Shown: in pieces, positions 28,801 through 43,364 of the stretch
Layout: every line of letters begins with the position of its first letter
How positions within the stretch are numbered: the stretch's first letter is position 1
NCBI GenBank assembly: GCA_965153355.1
Contig: OZ231126.1
Location: forward strand, 45,570,001 to 45,634,000
Origin: Flaccisagitta enflata
Taxonomy: Eukaryota
Reading direction: 5' to 3'
DNA: 64,000 nucleotides
The notes under the pieces: model-generated
What the model saw: only the letters and a program-made list of their open reading frames with translations
Told to the model about the DNA's origin: nothing
The model's database searches: none
Program-made: the position numbers and the translations under genes

Positions 28801-29253
28801 GCACGGGTACCGCTGACCACTTACTGCCTTTGGGCTGCTATTTAAAAGTATCTAGCTTTTCTAGAAGCCAAGATATTCTAGATAGAAGGTGTCGCGTTTC
28901 TTTTGACGAAGATAGTACTGGCCTGAGGTCCATCATTTAGGCCCAATAAACCTATATTGTGGCTTCTAACACCTAGATTCTGACCAGATTTGGGCCATTT
29001 TGCTTGGATTTGGCCCATTATGCTTAGATTTGGGCCATTTTGCTTGGATTTAGGTCATATTGCTTGGGTTTGGGCTTATTGGCAGAATGGACGGACAGAC
29101 AGACAGATGGACAGACAGACGGACAGATTCCCTCTGTGTTCTACAGGACTTCATCCCCTTAGGGGGCCGCTGCCCTGCTCTCCCTCAACTTAAATCATAT
29201 ACTACTTAAGCAGGGCACGGGTACGGCTGACCATTTATCGCCTTTGGGCTGCT
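25847..29253 (+). mobile_element. Russian-doll cluster: outer family B element containing B2 (26637-27120) and B (27120-28843) copies
   Basis: IR arms at 25852, 26642, 27125 pair in nested order with arms at ~29170, ~27043 and ~28761. The outer arms carry inverted GGCCCAAATCCAAGCAAAAT arrays. Confidence 0.75.
27355..28256. mobile_element. TA-flanked MITE with ~150-bp imperfect TIRs
   Basis: TA|GTCCGCCAGCGAATTTGGG ... CCCAAATTCGCTGGCGGAC|TA. Confidence 0.85.
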
Positions 29254-29760
29254 ATTTTTTCTTGGCTCTTTTTTTCTTTTTTTACTTTTTTTTGTGTTTT
29301 TGAACGTTTTGAGCTCACTGATTCTGCCCACCCGCACGCGACGAGTGTAGCCGTGTATACGCTTGTTACTTTCCACTTGAGAATCCATGGATCTCTGAAA
29401 AACAAGGACAACCCTTTACAGTCGCGTGCGGTTGTTAAAACCTTTAGACCAAAAGACTAAGATACTAAATGTAAATTGACTTAAATCAACTTTAAATAAC
29501 TTAAAAGCACTTAAAATGACTTAAAATGGCGTAAAACGTCGAAAAAAAGCTTAGCGTTACCGACCAACCGACCGACCGACCGACAGACGGACAGAGTGGG
29601 TTGTAGAGTCGCGTGCACGCGACTAAAAAAACCGCGGCCCAGGAATAAGAATTGATTCATATTCTTTAAAGAATTGAAATTTTTTTCTTTTTCGATTTGA
29701 ATTCGTTTTTTAACTGATATGAGATTATTGCAAATAATCGCCGATATGATCGCCGCTGCA

Positions 29761-30847
29761 ACAGCCAAGGCAACTGCCAATGAGACTGCCAATGCAACTG
29801 CCAATGAGACTGATTATGCAACTGCTAATGTGAAGGATGATGTAACTTCCAATGCAACTGCCGACGCAACTGCCAATGTGAAGGATGATGAAACTGCCAA
29901 CAAGAATGCCAATGCAACTGCCAATGCAACTGCCTATTTGACTGCCTATATGAAGGATAATGAAACTGCCAATGAGACTGCCAATGCACCTGCCAATGCA
30001 ACTGCCAATGTGACTGCCAATGAGACTGCCAATGAGACTGCCAAAGCAACTGCCAATGCAACTGCCAATGTGACTGCCAATGTGACTGCCAATGCAACTA
30101 CCAATGCAACTGCCAATGTGACTGCCAATGCAACTGCCAATGAGACTGCCAATGCAATTGCCAATGTGACTGTCAATGAGACTGCCAACGATGCTGCCAA
30201 AGCAACTGCCAATGTGACTGCCAATGCGACTGCCAATGTGACTACCAATGCGTCTGCCATTGTATTGGTAAGGAAACTGCTAATGCGACTGAAAATGCGT
30301 CCAACGTTTCCGCCGTTATGACAGCCAAGGCAGCCAAGGCAACTGCCAATGAGACTGCCAATGCAACTGCCAATGAGACTGATTATGCAACTGCTAATGT
30401 GAAGGATGATGTAACTTCCAATGCAACTGCCGACGCAACTGCCAATGTGAAGGATGATGAAACTGCCAACAAGAATGCCAATGCAACTGCCAATGCAACT
30501 GCCTATTTGACTGCCTATATGAAGGATAATGAAACTGCCAATGAGACTGCCAATGCACCTGCCAATGCAACTGCCAATGTGACTGCCAATGAGACTGCCA
30601 ATGAGACTGCCAAAGCAACTGCCAATGCAACTGCCAATGTGACTGCCAATGTGACTGCCAATGCAACTACCAATGCAATTGCCAATGTGACTGTCAATGA
30701 GACTGCCAACGATGCTGCCAAAGCAACTGCCAATGTGACTGCCAATGCGACTGCCAATGTGACTACCAATGCATCTGCCATTGTATTGGTAAGGAAACTG
30801 CTAATGCGACTGAAAATGCGTCCAACGTTTCCGCCGTTATGACAGCC
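29761..30847. repeat. 12-bp minisatellite (ACTGCCAATGCA/GAG/GTG) arranged as two ~520-560-bp higher-order copies
   Basis: Visible 12-bp units. The second block duplicates the first, including its unique tail. Confidence 0.95.
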
Positions 30848-31218
30848 ATGCGGCACTGCTGCGGCATGCAGTTAAAGTCAATGTACCCGCCGAGGTAAGT
30901 TGGTATTCACAATTGTAAAACACCCTCTACTATATTGAGACAAAATGAAATCTCATCATTCATCATTCATCCATAACGACCATACGTCCTAAGTTTTACA
31001 GGTTCTTACCACCTTTCTTTATTCGCGTGCACGCGAATCTACACCCCGCTTTGTCTGTCCTTCTGTCGGTTGGTTGGTCTGACTGTCGGTCCATCACACT
31101 TTACTTTTTTATCAATTTTATTTCCTTAAGTCATTTTAAGTCATTCTATGTCATTCTATGTCATTCTAAGTCATTATGTGAGCCTTGCACGCGACTTATA
31201 GGTGTTGGCCTTGCTTTT

Positions 31219-31306
<88 letters not shown>

Positions 31307-32007
31307 TCATTCTTTCTTTCTTCTCTCCTTTCTTTCTTGTTTTCTTTCTTTCGTTCTTGTTTTCTTTCATTTGTTTTCTCTCTCTCTCTTTCTTTCATTA
31401 TCTCTTTCTTTCTCTTCTTACTTTTTTGATTCCTGCTCGCTTGCTCGCTTGCTTGCATGTTTTCTTTTTTTTTTCTTTCATTCTTTATTTCTTTCTCTTC
31501 ATTTTCTTCTTACGCTTTCAATGTCTTTCTTTCACTTTTTTTCCCTTTTTACGCCCTCCTCACTTTTTCCTGTTTTTAGTTGCGGACACGCAACTCTATA
31601 AGAGGCTTTGTCCGTCCATCCGTCCGTCCGTCGGTCCGTCACGCTCGAGTTGAAAACGCAAGAAACACGCATTTACAATGCTGCAGTTGTCATTGAATGT
31701 GTGTGGTTGTAAGTTAGTGTGTGGGAAGGGGGTTTGGGTGAGGCTGGGGGTTGGTTGCCCCTGCCCACCCGTCCGCAACGATATTGTGACCCCGCGTCAC
31801 TTGTTGATTTCTCACTTCCTTCTCCTTTTCTTCCTCCGAATTTCAAGCCGTCAGCGCGGAATTTTCGAGATTGACGCTTCTTCTGCGCCGCTGGTTGCTT
31901 TCCGCTCATAAATGACCTCTTCACCTTCATTATCATACCTTGGCAGCAACGGAGAAACACACATGGAGAAAGCGAGAGGAAAACAGTGAGAAACCTTGAA
32001 AGAATGA

Positions 32008-32091
<84 letters not shown>

Positions 32092-32147
32092 AGGAAATAT
32101 CAATATCGTGGCAAAATTGAAATGCAAAAAGAGAGACAAACAGAGCA

Positions 32148-32236
<89 letters not shown>

Positions 32237-32362
32237 CCCTGATTTTCGATTTGGAAAGTGTGCTGTATTCTATTTTCATAAAATGAAACAGATTGCTGGT
32301 GCTGTTTTTGCCTTTTTTAACAACCGTCATGTCAGTAGAATTCGAAATTTAGCGAGCTTATG

Positions 32363-34567
32363 TACTACCTTGGAAATGAATATACGGACAGCTGGAGAAA
32401 AGTTAGCCTTTTCGCTCACTGAATGAAGTATATGCCCAAATCATTAAATTTCTAGTCATTATATGGTATTTTGATTTATCAAGAGGTTCTGTTCTGACCT
32501 CTTATGGGATTCGTCTATGATTTTTCATCTTGAATCCGTGTATCCTTTGCCTCTCAAAAAGCAGCAAAAAAATCAAAAAATCAGTTTTGTTTTCTTTTAT
32601 TACTAGATAATTTCAGGGCATTATGATTGACTGCATGCATCAATTTTTTCAACAATCAAAAAATGTGTCAAAAATGTGATCCATTGAGATCAGGCAGAAT
32701 GATTTTGCTCAATCCGTTTGGATTTGAGAGCTATTTTAATGTAGGTTGTCCTATGAAGATATGAACTGAAAACTATAATACGGGAAAAGAGGGGGTCAGT
32801 GGAGAATGCCCAAAAGGGAACAAAACAGAAAGTCGCCTGCCAAGATGACCCTGCCCTGCCTAATGAAGGAAGACCTGAGAAGGGCCCGCGGGTAAAAGTG
32901 TCCTGCCAAACCTCAGTCTAGGCGAAAGGGAAATATATCAAGACCTAGAATCCTCATGAAATGAGCTGACTTAAGCAGAGCAAAGGCAGCTCGCTGTCAT
33001 GACTGCCAAAGGGAAGGGAAAGACTCAAGGGATGCCCTAAATGCTCAAGGAGACCTGAACACCTGGTCCACCGGTCCCTGTAAGTGAGCAGGAGAAGTAA
33101 GAGGTGTGTCCTAGGAAATGGGTGGGGAAGCCTCTCCCAGATGCTAGACCAGAGATGCAAAAGTCAGGGAAGAAGAGCAGAGCATAAGGGGAAGATGAGG
33201 CAGGTAGCAGAGGAGAGAGGGAGCAACAACCAATCAGGAGGAAGGAGAAGCAGAGGAGGCAAGGTAGCGACAGCCAGAGCAAGAGAGCAGAAGGACCCGT
33301 AGCAGTGAGCTAGCTAGAGGCAGAGGTCCCCGTACTACAAAAACCTCTAAATTAGATTTTGGTAAAATGACAGTTTTCTTCAAAACGCTCTCATTTGAAA
33401 ACGGATTGAGCTACCAAGCTCTGCTTGGTCTTGAATGGAAGATTTTTTTGCCATAGTTTATGGATCTGCTTTCATTGTTTTACTGGATATGACGCAGAGC
33501 AGAATCCGGCCGTCAGAGTTCAGTCGTCTCAATTTAGGGCCCTTTACCAATCTTTTTGTTTCCGTGTAATGAATTGGCCCGTCGAATTACACTTGGTACA
33601 CCTACTTTCAGATATATTATCCATAAAAAAAACAATATTGAGCCGAGGCAATGGCGCTAGGCAGGTCTAAACTGCTTAGAAATTGAGGAATTTTTAAGGA
33701 AACTGAGTGCCAAGGCCTAATTGTGCCATTGAGTAAACCACATGGTACAGCAATGCCAATACTGCTGACACCCAAATGATCAGACCTAGAACCAATTATA
33801 GTATATTTTGTGCTACAAAAAAAGTTTGACGGCTCTCGGACTTGCATCATGTCCGAAAGCTAATTCCGCAAAGCAGAGGTCAGGATGACAATGACTTTTT
33901 AAGTATTTGTGAAATTTGAGTATTATAATGTAAAATGGCTATAAAATCATAAGGGAATGGGTGTGTTTGATAGGTTATAGTGTTGTTACATGCTAAACAG
34001 CATTACTGGTCGGTTTGCACCTTGTGAGACTTATCTAACTAGGTTTACAAGATTTTCAAGAAGATTTTTGATTGATTTTCACATTTTCGAAAATACTATT
34101 TTCAATCTTGAGAATTTCAAATCTTTAAAAGATATAAAAATTTTGCATTTTTGAAAACATACCGGCCTCCGTATTACAAATGGCTAGCCCGGTATGTTTT
34201 TGTTTTTTTGAAATACTCATTTTCTATGCAAATTTGAAATTCTCAGTGAATTAGTTATATCACAGTTCTATATTATTTTTTCTCTGATTTTCCTTAGAAA
34301 GTAACTAAGTTCACAGGACATGGTAATGATCATTTAAACAACATACTGATCGGCGCGGTTGGGAAAGAAAACAGGGCTGGATACATAGTTCTCCAAGTCT
34401 CGGGCTAATGGGCAGGGGCAGTGACATAAAAGGCCACTTAAGCACTTGTGCAGGGGCAGTGATATAAAAACCGCGAAAAGGCCTTAAACTAGGCCGAATA
34501 CACGGCTATCCCCCCAGCTCCACGTGTCTGTCTGTCAGACAAACTCGATCTTTCTTTCTTTCTTTCC

Positions 34568-34613
<46 letters not shown>

Positions 34614-34743
34614 CTTCTGATTTTTTTCTTTCCTTTTTGTTTTCTTCATTCTTTCCTTTTTAATGATAGAGTTGTGACTACACGTTTCTGCGTAATTCCG
34701 TCGGTCCATCCCTCCGTCCCTCCATCCGAATGTTTCTTCCTTC

Positions 34744-34818
<75 letters not shown>

Positions 34819-36090
34819 TCCTTCTTTCATTCTTTCTTTCCTTCTTTCTAGACTGACTCTCCAAGAGGGTGTGTCCCTTGTGAGGTAGCTCCATCTGAAA
34901 ATTTGGATGACGCTAAATCGATAAAGGTTTTTTTTCGAGCGTTACTGCCCCTAAACAGCTACAAAACAGCTCCCACACTCTCTCATACTGCCCCTGCCAA
35001 CCAGCATCACTGCCCCTGTTGACCCGAAAAGCGACTACTCATTGGCCGCGTATCCGACCTTATCATTAATCATTTATGCGTCATTATTTTTTTTTATGGA
35101 TTTTAAAAATTCCAAAGAAACAAAAATTGCAGCTGATTTTCTTAGCGTTTGACTCCTGGTATGTGGGTTTGTCTTCTGCTCCTCAAGATTGATTTTTCTG
35201 GGTTAATGGATAAATTATCATTGTTAATGAGTTATGACTTTCGGACGAGATCTACACTTTAATGTATAAATGAAATGACATGAATGAATTTTACATGTGG
35301 ATAGACCGTCTCAATGATTTAGTCAATGCATGATTGTAAATATGAATAAATTAATGAATGAATGAATGAATGAATGAATGAATCAATGAATGAATGAATG
35401 AACGAATGAATTAAATGATGGCAAATACAAAAGTACCTGTAATAATGTAATATCTGATACGGTTTTCATAGCTTTAGAAAATTATGACATGACGAAAGAT
35501 ATGATTGAAGAATGGATTCATAGATGAATCAATAGAATAATAAATAAATAAATAAAATTAATGAACTAATGAATAGATAAATTAATAAATGAATAAACAA
35601 GTTATACAACTGATATTTCATTGTTATAGAGCAAATAAAAGATACCAACACTTAACTTTAGTTTAAAAGAAAAAAAAACTTTAAAATTTCTATTTATACA
35701 TGACTCTATAAATGATGATTAAATAAATTTATGGATAATAGACAAATAGTAATTTCATACTATGCTACATCCATAGTTTTAGAAATTGATAAAATAATGA
35801 TAAATTATAAATAAAATTTTTGAATTTCTTCCGACAGTTTATCCTTCTTTAGTAAATTAGCCTTTTTAGCAATAAATAGCAAAAAAATCAATATTTTGCA
35901 TTAATTTTTTTTGCAATGTAATAAGTATGCATTGCCTAATGGTAATTTAATATTGGTTATCTTCAAGTTAGTGTTCTATTTTTTGACCTATATGAATGGG
36001 ATCTGCACGGCTGATCTTGCTCTGCGTCATATGAAAGTTAAGCTGCTATAATCATGGTTAGGTGTCCGTATATTTATTTCCAAGATAGTA
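32363..36090. mobile_element. 3.7-kb non-autonomous TIR element with nested repeats
   Basis: TACTACCTTGGAAATGAATATACGGACA matches the reverse complement of TGTCCGTATATTTATTTCCAAGATAGTA (2 mismatches in 28). The TSD could be TA or TG. No transposase ORF seen. Confidence 0.75.
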
Positions 36091-36826
36091 TGTTTACTTT
36101 CTTCAGCAGGTTCTAAAGTCAGCACAGAACTTCCTGCAAGCCCTTTCATGCTGATTATCTTTTTCCCTTATGTTTATGTTCTGTGAAAAGGAAACTTTTG
36201 TTTGCACGTCATTCCGTTCATGCGTGCACTCCCCCTTAGACCTCAAATCAGCACTCTAGAGGCTTCTCAAACTGCAAATCAGCCTTGAATAGACCTTCCC
36301 TCCCATTCAGTACCATATAAACACCTCCGAAGTCCCTATGTGTTCTTGAGCTCGTTAAACACATGTCTCCTTCTGCGCTGCTGCCCTGCTCCCTCTCATT
36401 CATGAAAACAATCATACAAAGCGGGGCAATAAGTATCCACTTCTTGTTCTTGGGCGACCAGCTTTATGTCACATTTTGCCATAAATACCATTTTGATAAC
36501 TTCACATCGAATTGTGGACGTAAAAGATAAAAAGAGATGAACGTGAAGCTACGGATTCATTGAAGACAAAATTCACCAAAGCTGCTGTGTGAGATGGAAA
36601 GAATAGACGAGCAAATTGGAAAAGAATGGAGGAGGAAGAGGAAGAAAGGGAGGAAGAGGATGTGAAGATTAAGCAAGAAAAAGATTGAGAAGCAAAAGTG
36701 GAGGCGGGAGGGGGAGTAGGAAGCGAGTGTAAGCAGGAAAAGGTGCCCCAACTACCGATCGGTAGATAAACCTTCTGCACAATCAGCAGAACTCTTTCCA
36801 AATTGTAAGGAGAACTGACGCCTAAC

Positions 36827-36915
<89 letters not shown>

Positions 36916-38221
36916 GAGACACAGAGACACAGAGACACAGAAACACAGAACCACAGAGACACAGAGACAAAGAGAGCTAAAAGTAAGCTTACAGATAGAC
37001 CGATAAACAGAAAGTGATAGAGACAAAGCCAGGGAGAGGCTGGGTTTCTGGTTCATTATTGCGAAGAGGGAGGATAATAGGTGTCCATTGAAGAGAGGGA
37101 AAGAAAAGATATTCATCGGAAGGAAAAGTAAGCAAAATTTTCGCTTGACAGAGAGATTGATCATGTCAGAAGCGTTTAGGCCGGAACAAACGGTAAGCAT
37201 GGTACGAGCTTTGACAGCTGACGCCTCTTATTCCTTATGATGCTGTTTCCCAACTCGAAAACCCTGTCACGATTTCTTTTTGTATCTCTATGAACCCACT
37301 ACTTCGTATATTTTACCCACTTATCCATTTTCAATCGCTGGTAGCATTGCCATCTTGTCTCTTCGATTTTCACTTACGGCGCTCTATATCACTGTACTAT
37401 GGTGTGAGTTGATAAAATTTTCAACCAGAAGGTATCGCTTAGGCACCCATGAATCATGAATAACAAAATAAAAAACATGCGAAATTCCAATTGGATAACA
37501 TAACAAATCGACAAATGAATGATCAGAATATGAAATTCCTATTTAATAACATAGGCCCTCTTCCAGTTATTTTAGTTTGGGTATAGTGAGGGATGTTGTT
37601 CCACCTATCATAGAAAATTGACAAGAAATCAAGTAAGAGCTAAACTCCCATTGAATATCATGGAAAATTGCTCAAAAAGCCCAAAAAATGCATATCCTGG
37701 ACGGAAGGAGGTACTTAATTTTTGCTCCTGTGTTCTACAGGACATCGGCCCTTTGGGGGCCGCTGCCCTGTTCTCACTCTACTTCTTCAGCTAATTACTC
37801 CAAGCAGGGCATCGGGTACCGGCTACCATGTGCGATCCTTTGATGACTAGTTTTCAATTCTTACCCCGTCCTAAAGCAGTAAGCATCCCATCTCGTTGCC
37901 CCCCGTCGTGGGCGCTTTGATCTTCCCCCAAATTCTTCGCGTTGAAGGGTGAAGGATTGACAGTAACGAGATTCTGACGAAGTCGTGAATCAGCAAACGG
38001 ACAAAACTTCCATGAATGACGAACGAAACTTCCCCCCCCCCCAAAAAAAAAAAGAAAAAAAGAAAAGAAAAAGCAACCCCAAATTTAATGGAAAATCAAA
38101 AAAGTTGTGCATCTCATGGTTCATGCTTCACGTGGGTATGTTTCTCTCCAAGGCAGTTTCTACGCTTTTAAGGTTTTGTTGGAAAATGGGAAAATTGCAG
38201 AAAAACATACTAGTCCAAGTA

Positions 38222-39528
38222 CCGTATTTTTTCTAAAAAGCGCCCCGGGCGCTTTTGAAATTGAAATCTGACTTTGCTTTTCAACCCTCCAAAAAGCGCC
38301 CCCTTTATATTGTAGATGAACTGTCATTCAGTCTATCTTTTTCATGGAAGGCTACCAAAATGCTTAATTTGACTCAAAATGGAGATATTCATTGCATATA
38401 TCTGTTTGAAAGTTGTTGAAAATAGCTAATTGTGTTGTATTATATCATCATTTTACTTAATATTTCTCTCCATATGACATCATGAAAAATCTGGTGCCGT
38501 TTGCTATTCACGAGAGGTCAAAACTGAAATTTTTTTTTGCCAAATTTGACTTTTTCTAGTCATTAACTATGTTAACACAACTGATTTAGTAGAAAAAACA
38601 ATGCGAATTTGTACTCCAAAAAAAAAAGAAGTTATAAATGATGATGTAAAACAAACAGAATTTCCCTGAATTATCTCTCAATTTAGCATTACTTGTGTTA
38701 CCCTAAATTTTAAATTCGCATGGAAAATTAAAAAATGAAAAAACCAAGAACATCAGACTCAAGCAAAATATCATAGTAAAGATCTTTGAAAATGCGATTT
38801 TGCTCTTGATTAAGCCGTAATAAAATTTAGGGGGCCAAACATGTATCTTTCAAAAAATGTTAAAAACTCATTCTTTGACAAAAAAATCAACAAAAACCGT
38901 ACTTCCTGTCGTTCAATTCCTATGAAATTTGATATGCATACAGCTGAGCGCGTCCCCAAACTACAGTAAAAATTTCATGGAGCTGCTCCAACAGGAAGAT
39001 GGGTAACTAGGGAATCAAAGTTGTTTTATAAAAATTTTCCTCCTCTTTTTCTCAACTGACAGTTGACTTGTTTTTTTTTTAGTTAGTGTTTAAGATACTA
39101 ATATCAAAGCCTGTCAGAATTTTTGTATGTTATGTTTGAGCATATCAGTGGATAACCCTCATGGAATCAATCAAAATTAAATACTTTATTACGATTCAAC
39201 TACACCAAAGTTTAAATTCAGAATTTTTTCTTCTCTGTTTTTAGGGTTTATTGGTGCTGCTTTTAACTTTAAGATACATTTCTGGGCATCAATCCACGTC
39301 AAGTGGTCTTTTTTCTTAAAAGAGGCCTATGTTGGGATGTTGTGGAGAAAAATGATTTTTTGTCCAATCCAAAATTTTAGTTTTAAAGCTTTACAACAGT
39401 GTCAAAGAGCTTTAATAAGAAACAAATAAATACTCTAGATCATGTCATATCTCTTCTGAAAAGTGTGATGACAAGACAAAAGAGGGGGGGGCGCTTTTTG
39501 GAGGGGGCGCTTTTTAGAAAAAATACGG
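38222..39528. mobile_element. Non-autonomous Tc1/mariner-superfamily (pogo/Tc2-like) element
   Basis: TA|CCGTATTTTTTCTAAAAAGCGCCCC ... GGGGCGCTTTTTAGAAAAAATACGG|TA. Confidence 0.9.
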
Positions 39529-40062
39529 TATTAAAACAAGGCCGGATACACGGCTACCCCAGTCACGTGCGGGTTGGCAGGGGCCATGTTTGAGCACACC
39601 AGAGCATTTGGGTAGGAGCAGTACGGTCAAAGAATAAAAAACATAAAAAAGTAAAGTGTGACCGACCAACCGACCAACCGACGGACAAAGCGGGGTGTAG
39701 AGTCGCGTACCACGCGACTAAAAAATGATCGCCCTCATAACGTTCGAAATTAGGATATGAGTTATCTTCAGTCCTATCAATACAACCGAATTTTTCGTAA
39801 TCTTTTAGCTTTTTACGCGTCCTATTAGATGACCTTTGTTACATTTGACTCGCTATTAATGTACCCTTTGAAACCTGGACGTTAAAAAAAGGATAATAAA
39901 GGGGCAAAAGGAAAGAAGAAAAAAAAGTCATCTGATGTACCATACTTAAGAAAAGGTCGAGCGCTTTTGCAAGTGACCAAAAGTGGCCAAATTGAGGAAT
40001 TGATTAATCATTAGGTGGAAGATAAGGAGGAAGAGAAATGAAGAAAACGCAGAAGAAACGCC

Positions 40063-40197
<135 letters not shown>

Positions 40198-40480
40198 AAG
40201 ATAAAATGAAAAAAAGAAAGAAAACGAAAGAATGAATGAATGAATGAATGAATGAATGAATGAATGAATGAATGAATGAATGAATGAATGAATGAATGAA
40301 TGAATGAATTAATGTATGAATTCCAGCAAGACGGAAAACGACAGCCTAATAAATCAACATAACCATTAGTTGTTTAGCATTGCGACACATTTATGAGAAG
40401 GTTGTTGCGGTCAAAACCCTCTATCGGTGCTTTTGAGGAAATGGGCGGGCATGGTGACCATTCTACACACAGTGAAAAGG

Positions 40481-41622
40481 AACCAGTCGCCCAAGGGTAA
40501 TATCCTATTTCAATATGTGGTCAGCGATACCCATTGCCCTGCTTTGTATGATTGTTAATGTAGGTGATGGTTAGTAGGGCAGCGGCTCCAAAGGGGACAA
40601 TGTTCTGTAGAACACAGGGGATTTATGCCCATTTGGGTTTGAGAGCACCATTGACGCATTGAATGATATGGAAAATTGACGAGAAAATGAAAAAATGTAG
40701 AATTCCCATTGAATAACATGGGAACTTGACAAATAATGTAAGAATAAAGGATTTCCATTGAATGATAAGAACAAGGCCGGATTCACGGCAATCCAGTCGC
40801 GGACGGTTGGGCAGGAGCAGTAATGCGAAAACCGCTTGGAATTCAAAAATGTGACGGACAGACCGACAGACGGACCTACCGACCGACACGGCAACAAGGT
40901 GTAGAGTTGCATGTCCGCGACTAAAAATTGATGAAGATTGAAGAATGAAAAAAATACAAAAGCTTCCATCAAATAACATAGAAAATTGAATAACATTAAA
41001 CATTAAATAACATAGGAAATTCAGAAATAATGGAAAAATATGGAATTCCAATTGAATGTTATGGAAAATTGATGAAAAATGAAAAAAATGTAGAATTCTC
41101 ATTAATGAATAACATAAGAAATTGACTTAAGACTAAGTGGCGGGGGGAGGACGCACAAATGAACGCAAGAACAAACAAACAAATGAACAAATGAACAAAT
41201 GAATGAAGGAAGGAATGAAGAAACAAACAAACAAACAAACCAACGAATGAAAGAACGAATGAACGAACAACGAACGAACGAACCAACAAACAAACAAACG
41301 AACGAAGGAACGAACAAACAAATGAACAAACAAACAAACAAACAAACAAACAATCAAACAAACCAACAAACAAACAAACCAACAAACGAACAAACGAACA
41401 AACAAACGAACAAACAAACAAACAAAGAAACGAAAGAACAAATGAACGAACAAACAAACAAACAAACGAACGAACGAACAAACCAACAAACCAACAAACC
41501 AACAAGCCAACAAACCAACAAACCAACAAACCAACAAACCAACCAACAAACCAACAAACAAACAAACAAAACTCCTCCTGTGTTCTACAGGACATCGTCC
41601 CCCTCGTGTCCACTGCGCAAAA
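40481..41622 (-). mobile_element. Family B element with nested family A copy (40770-40927) and an expanded (AAAC/GAAC)n tract
   Basis: IRs at ~40577-40620 and ~41577-41620, tail TGGTCAGCGATACCC. Confidence 0.75.
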
Positions 41623-41959
41623 AGGGAGCGTTTACGCGTAATCGGGAAAAAAGTCGAAGTCAGTCTTTGACTTTTTGACATGTTTGAGAGAAACAGGGTT
41701 TTCATTTTCTTGTTAGAAAGTTAGAAATCTCCACCGACTGAATGGGCCTTTCAATGAAATTGATAGGGTAAGTAAATTCAATAATTCTCTTTCATTCGGC
41801 GTCAAACAGAATGCTCTACAACAAATATTTTTCGCGTTATGATTTTTTAAAGATCTTTTTACAAAAATTGCAAATCGAATTTTTTTGATTTTTTATGATT
41901 TTGAGTAGGATCAAAAAAGGAGTGTATTTATGTTTGTTTGAGCATGCAAATACACGAAA

Positions 41960-42320
41960 ACATGTTTATGAGCATAGCTGCTCATCTGTGAGGGTGTTTT
42001 GGAGGATTCTAGCTCATTTAGCTCATTTAGCTCAGTTTTTTCTTTTATTTTAAATGTGATAAATGAATAAATATTTTGAAACATGTTTAAGAAAGCAGAT
42101 ACAAAAAACCGTATCAGTGAGCATAACTGCTCATCTGTGAGGGTGTTTTTAAGTATTTTAGCTCACTTAGCTCATTTAGCTTCAGTTTTTTTTCTGATTT
42201 TTAATGGGATAAATAAATGTTTTGATGGGAGCATGTGAATACAAGAAAGCATGTCAGTGAGCATAGATGATTGTCTGGTTGAGTGATTTTGAGCATTTTA
42301 GCTTATCTAGCTCATTTGGC
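41960..42320. repeat. ~150-bp diverged tandem repeat x3
   Basis: GAGCATARCTGCTCATCTGTGAGGGTGTTTT...TAGCTCATTTAGCT recurs at ~41969, ~42119 and ~42259. Confidence 0.8.
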
Positions 42321-42993
42321 TTTTTTTTTTCTCTGATTATCAGTGCAATTATTACATACAATTGCCCTTGATTTGATTTAATAGATCAAAAGATTTGCAG
42401 TGACTAAAGACAAAAGCTTAGTGAAAAGTGATCAATGCTTACAACTTTTTTCCTCACGGCGACAGCCGCCATTACTGGTACATTGTTGAAGAGGCAATAA
42501 GTGTAAATCACTAAGATGGGTGCTGATTCAATCAGTGATTGGCAATTTTACAGGTACTGAATATCGCTGTACCAGTGAAATGGTGTGCCAGTGAAATGGT
42601 CAATGCTTTCTTTATCAAAACTGATGGAGGTTATCAAGGAGGGATGCAAGAACAGAGAGAGAGGGATGAAGGCGCAATGGTTTAGAGGGAGGGAGGTGAG
42701 ATGTGGTGTTGAATTTGATAGTGCCTCGAGACTCTCGAGTTGAAGGGAAATGGTCAACCTTTGAAAACGCCGAAAACGCGAAGACGAGAGAAGTAAAGAG
42801 GCAAAACGTCGGAACCAATCGAGATCAACTGGGATGCCGAGAGGCCTAAAGTAGGCGAGATAGGGGGATGAAACGAATGAGGAGGAAGAGGAAGAGGAGT
42901 AGGAGGAAGAGATGGAGGAGTCGAAGAAAAAGATAGGAAAGGACTCGTGGGTGCCCTGATTAATTGAACTGTCAGCAAGGATACTGTTACGTA

Positions 42994-43116
<123 letters not shown>

Positions 43117-43327
43117 GCGCGAAAGTAAAAGAGTCAGGATGGGTTAAGGTTGGATTAAAGAGAAAATGATGATAAAGAGATTTTGAGGTAAAGACAAGAT
43201 GAAGGAAACGAACTTGATTAATTGTTTGATGAGGCTGAGAAAACGAAAACCACTGTGCTGGGCAGGGAGATAAAGAGGGAGACGGAGTGGGAGAGGATAA
43301 TGAAATAGAAGACGGTGTAAAAGGAGA

Positions 43328-43364
<37 letters not shown>

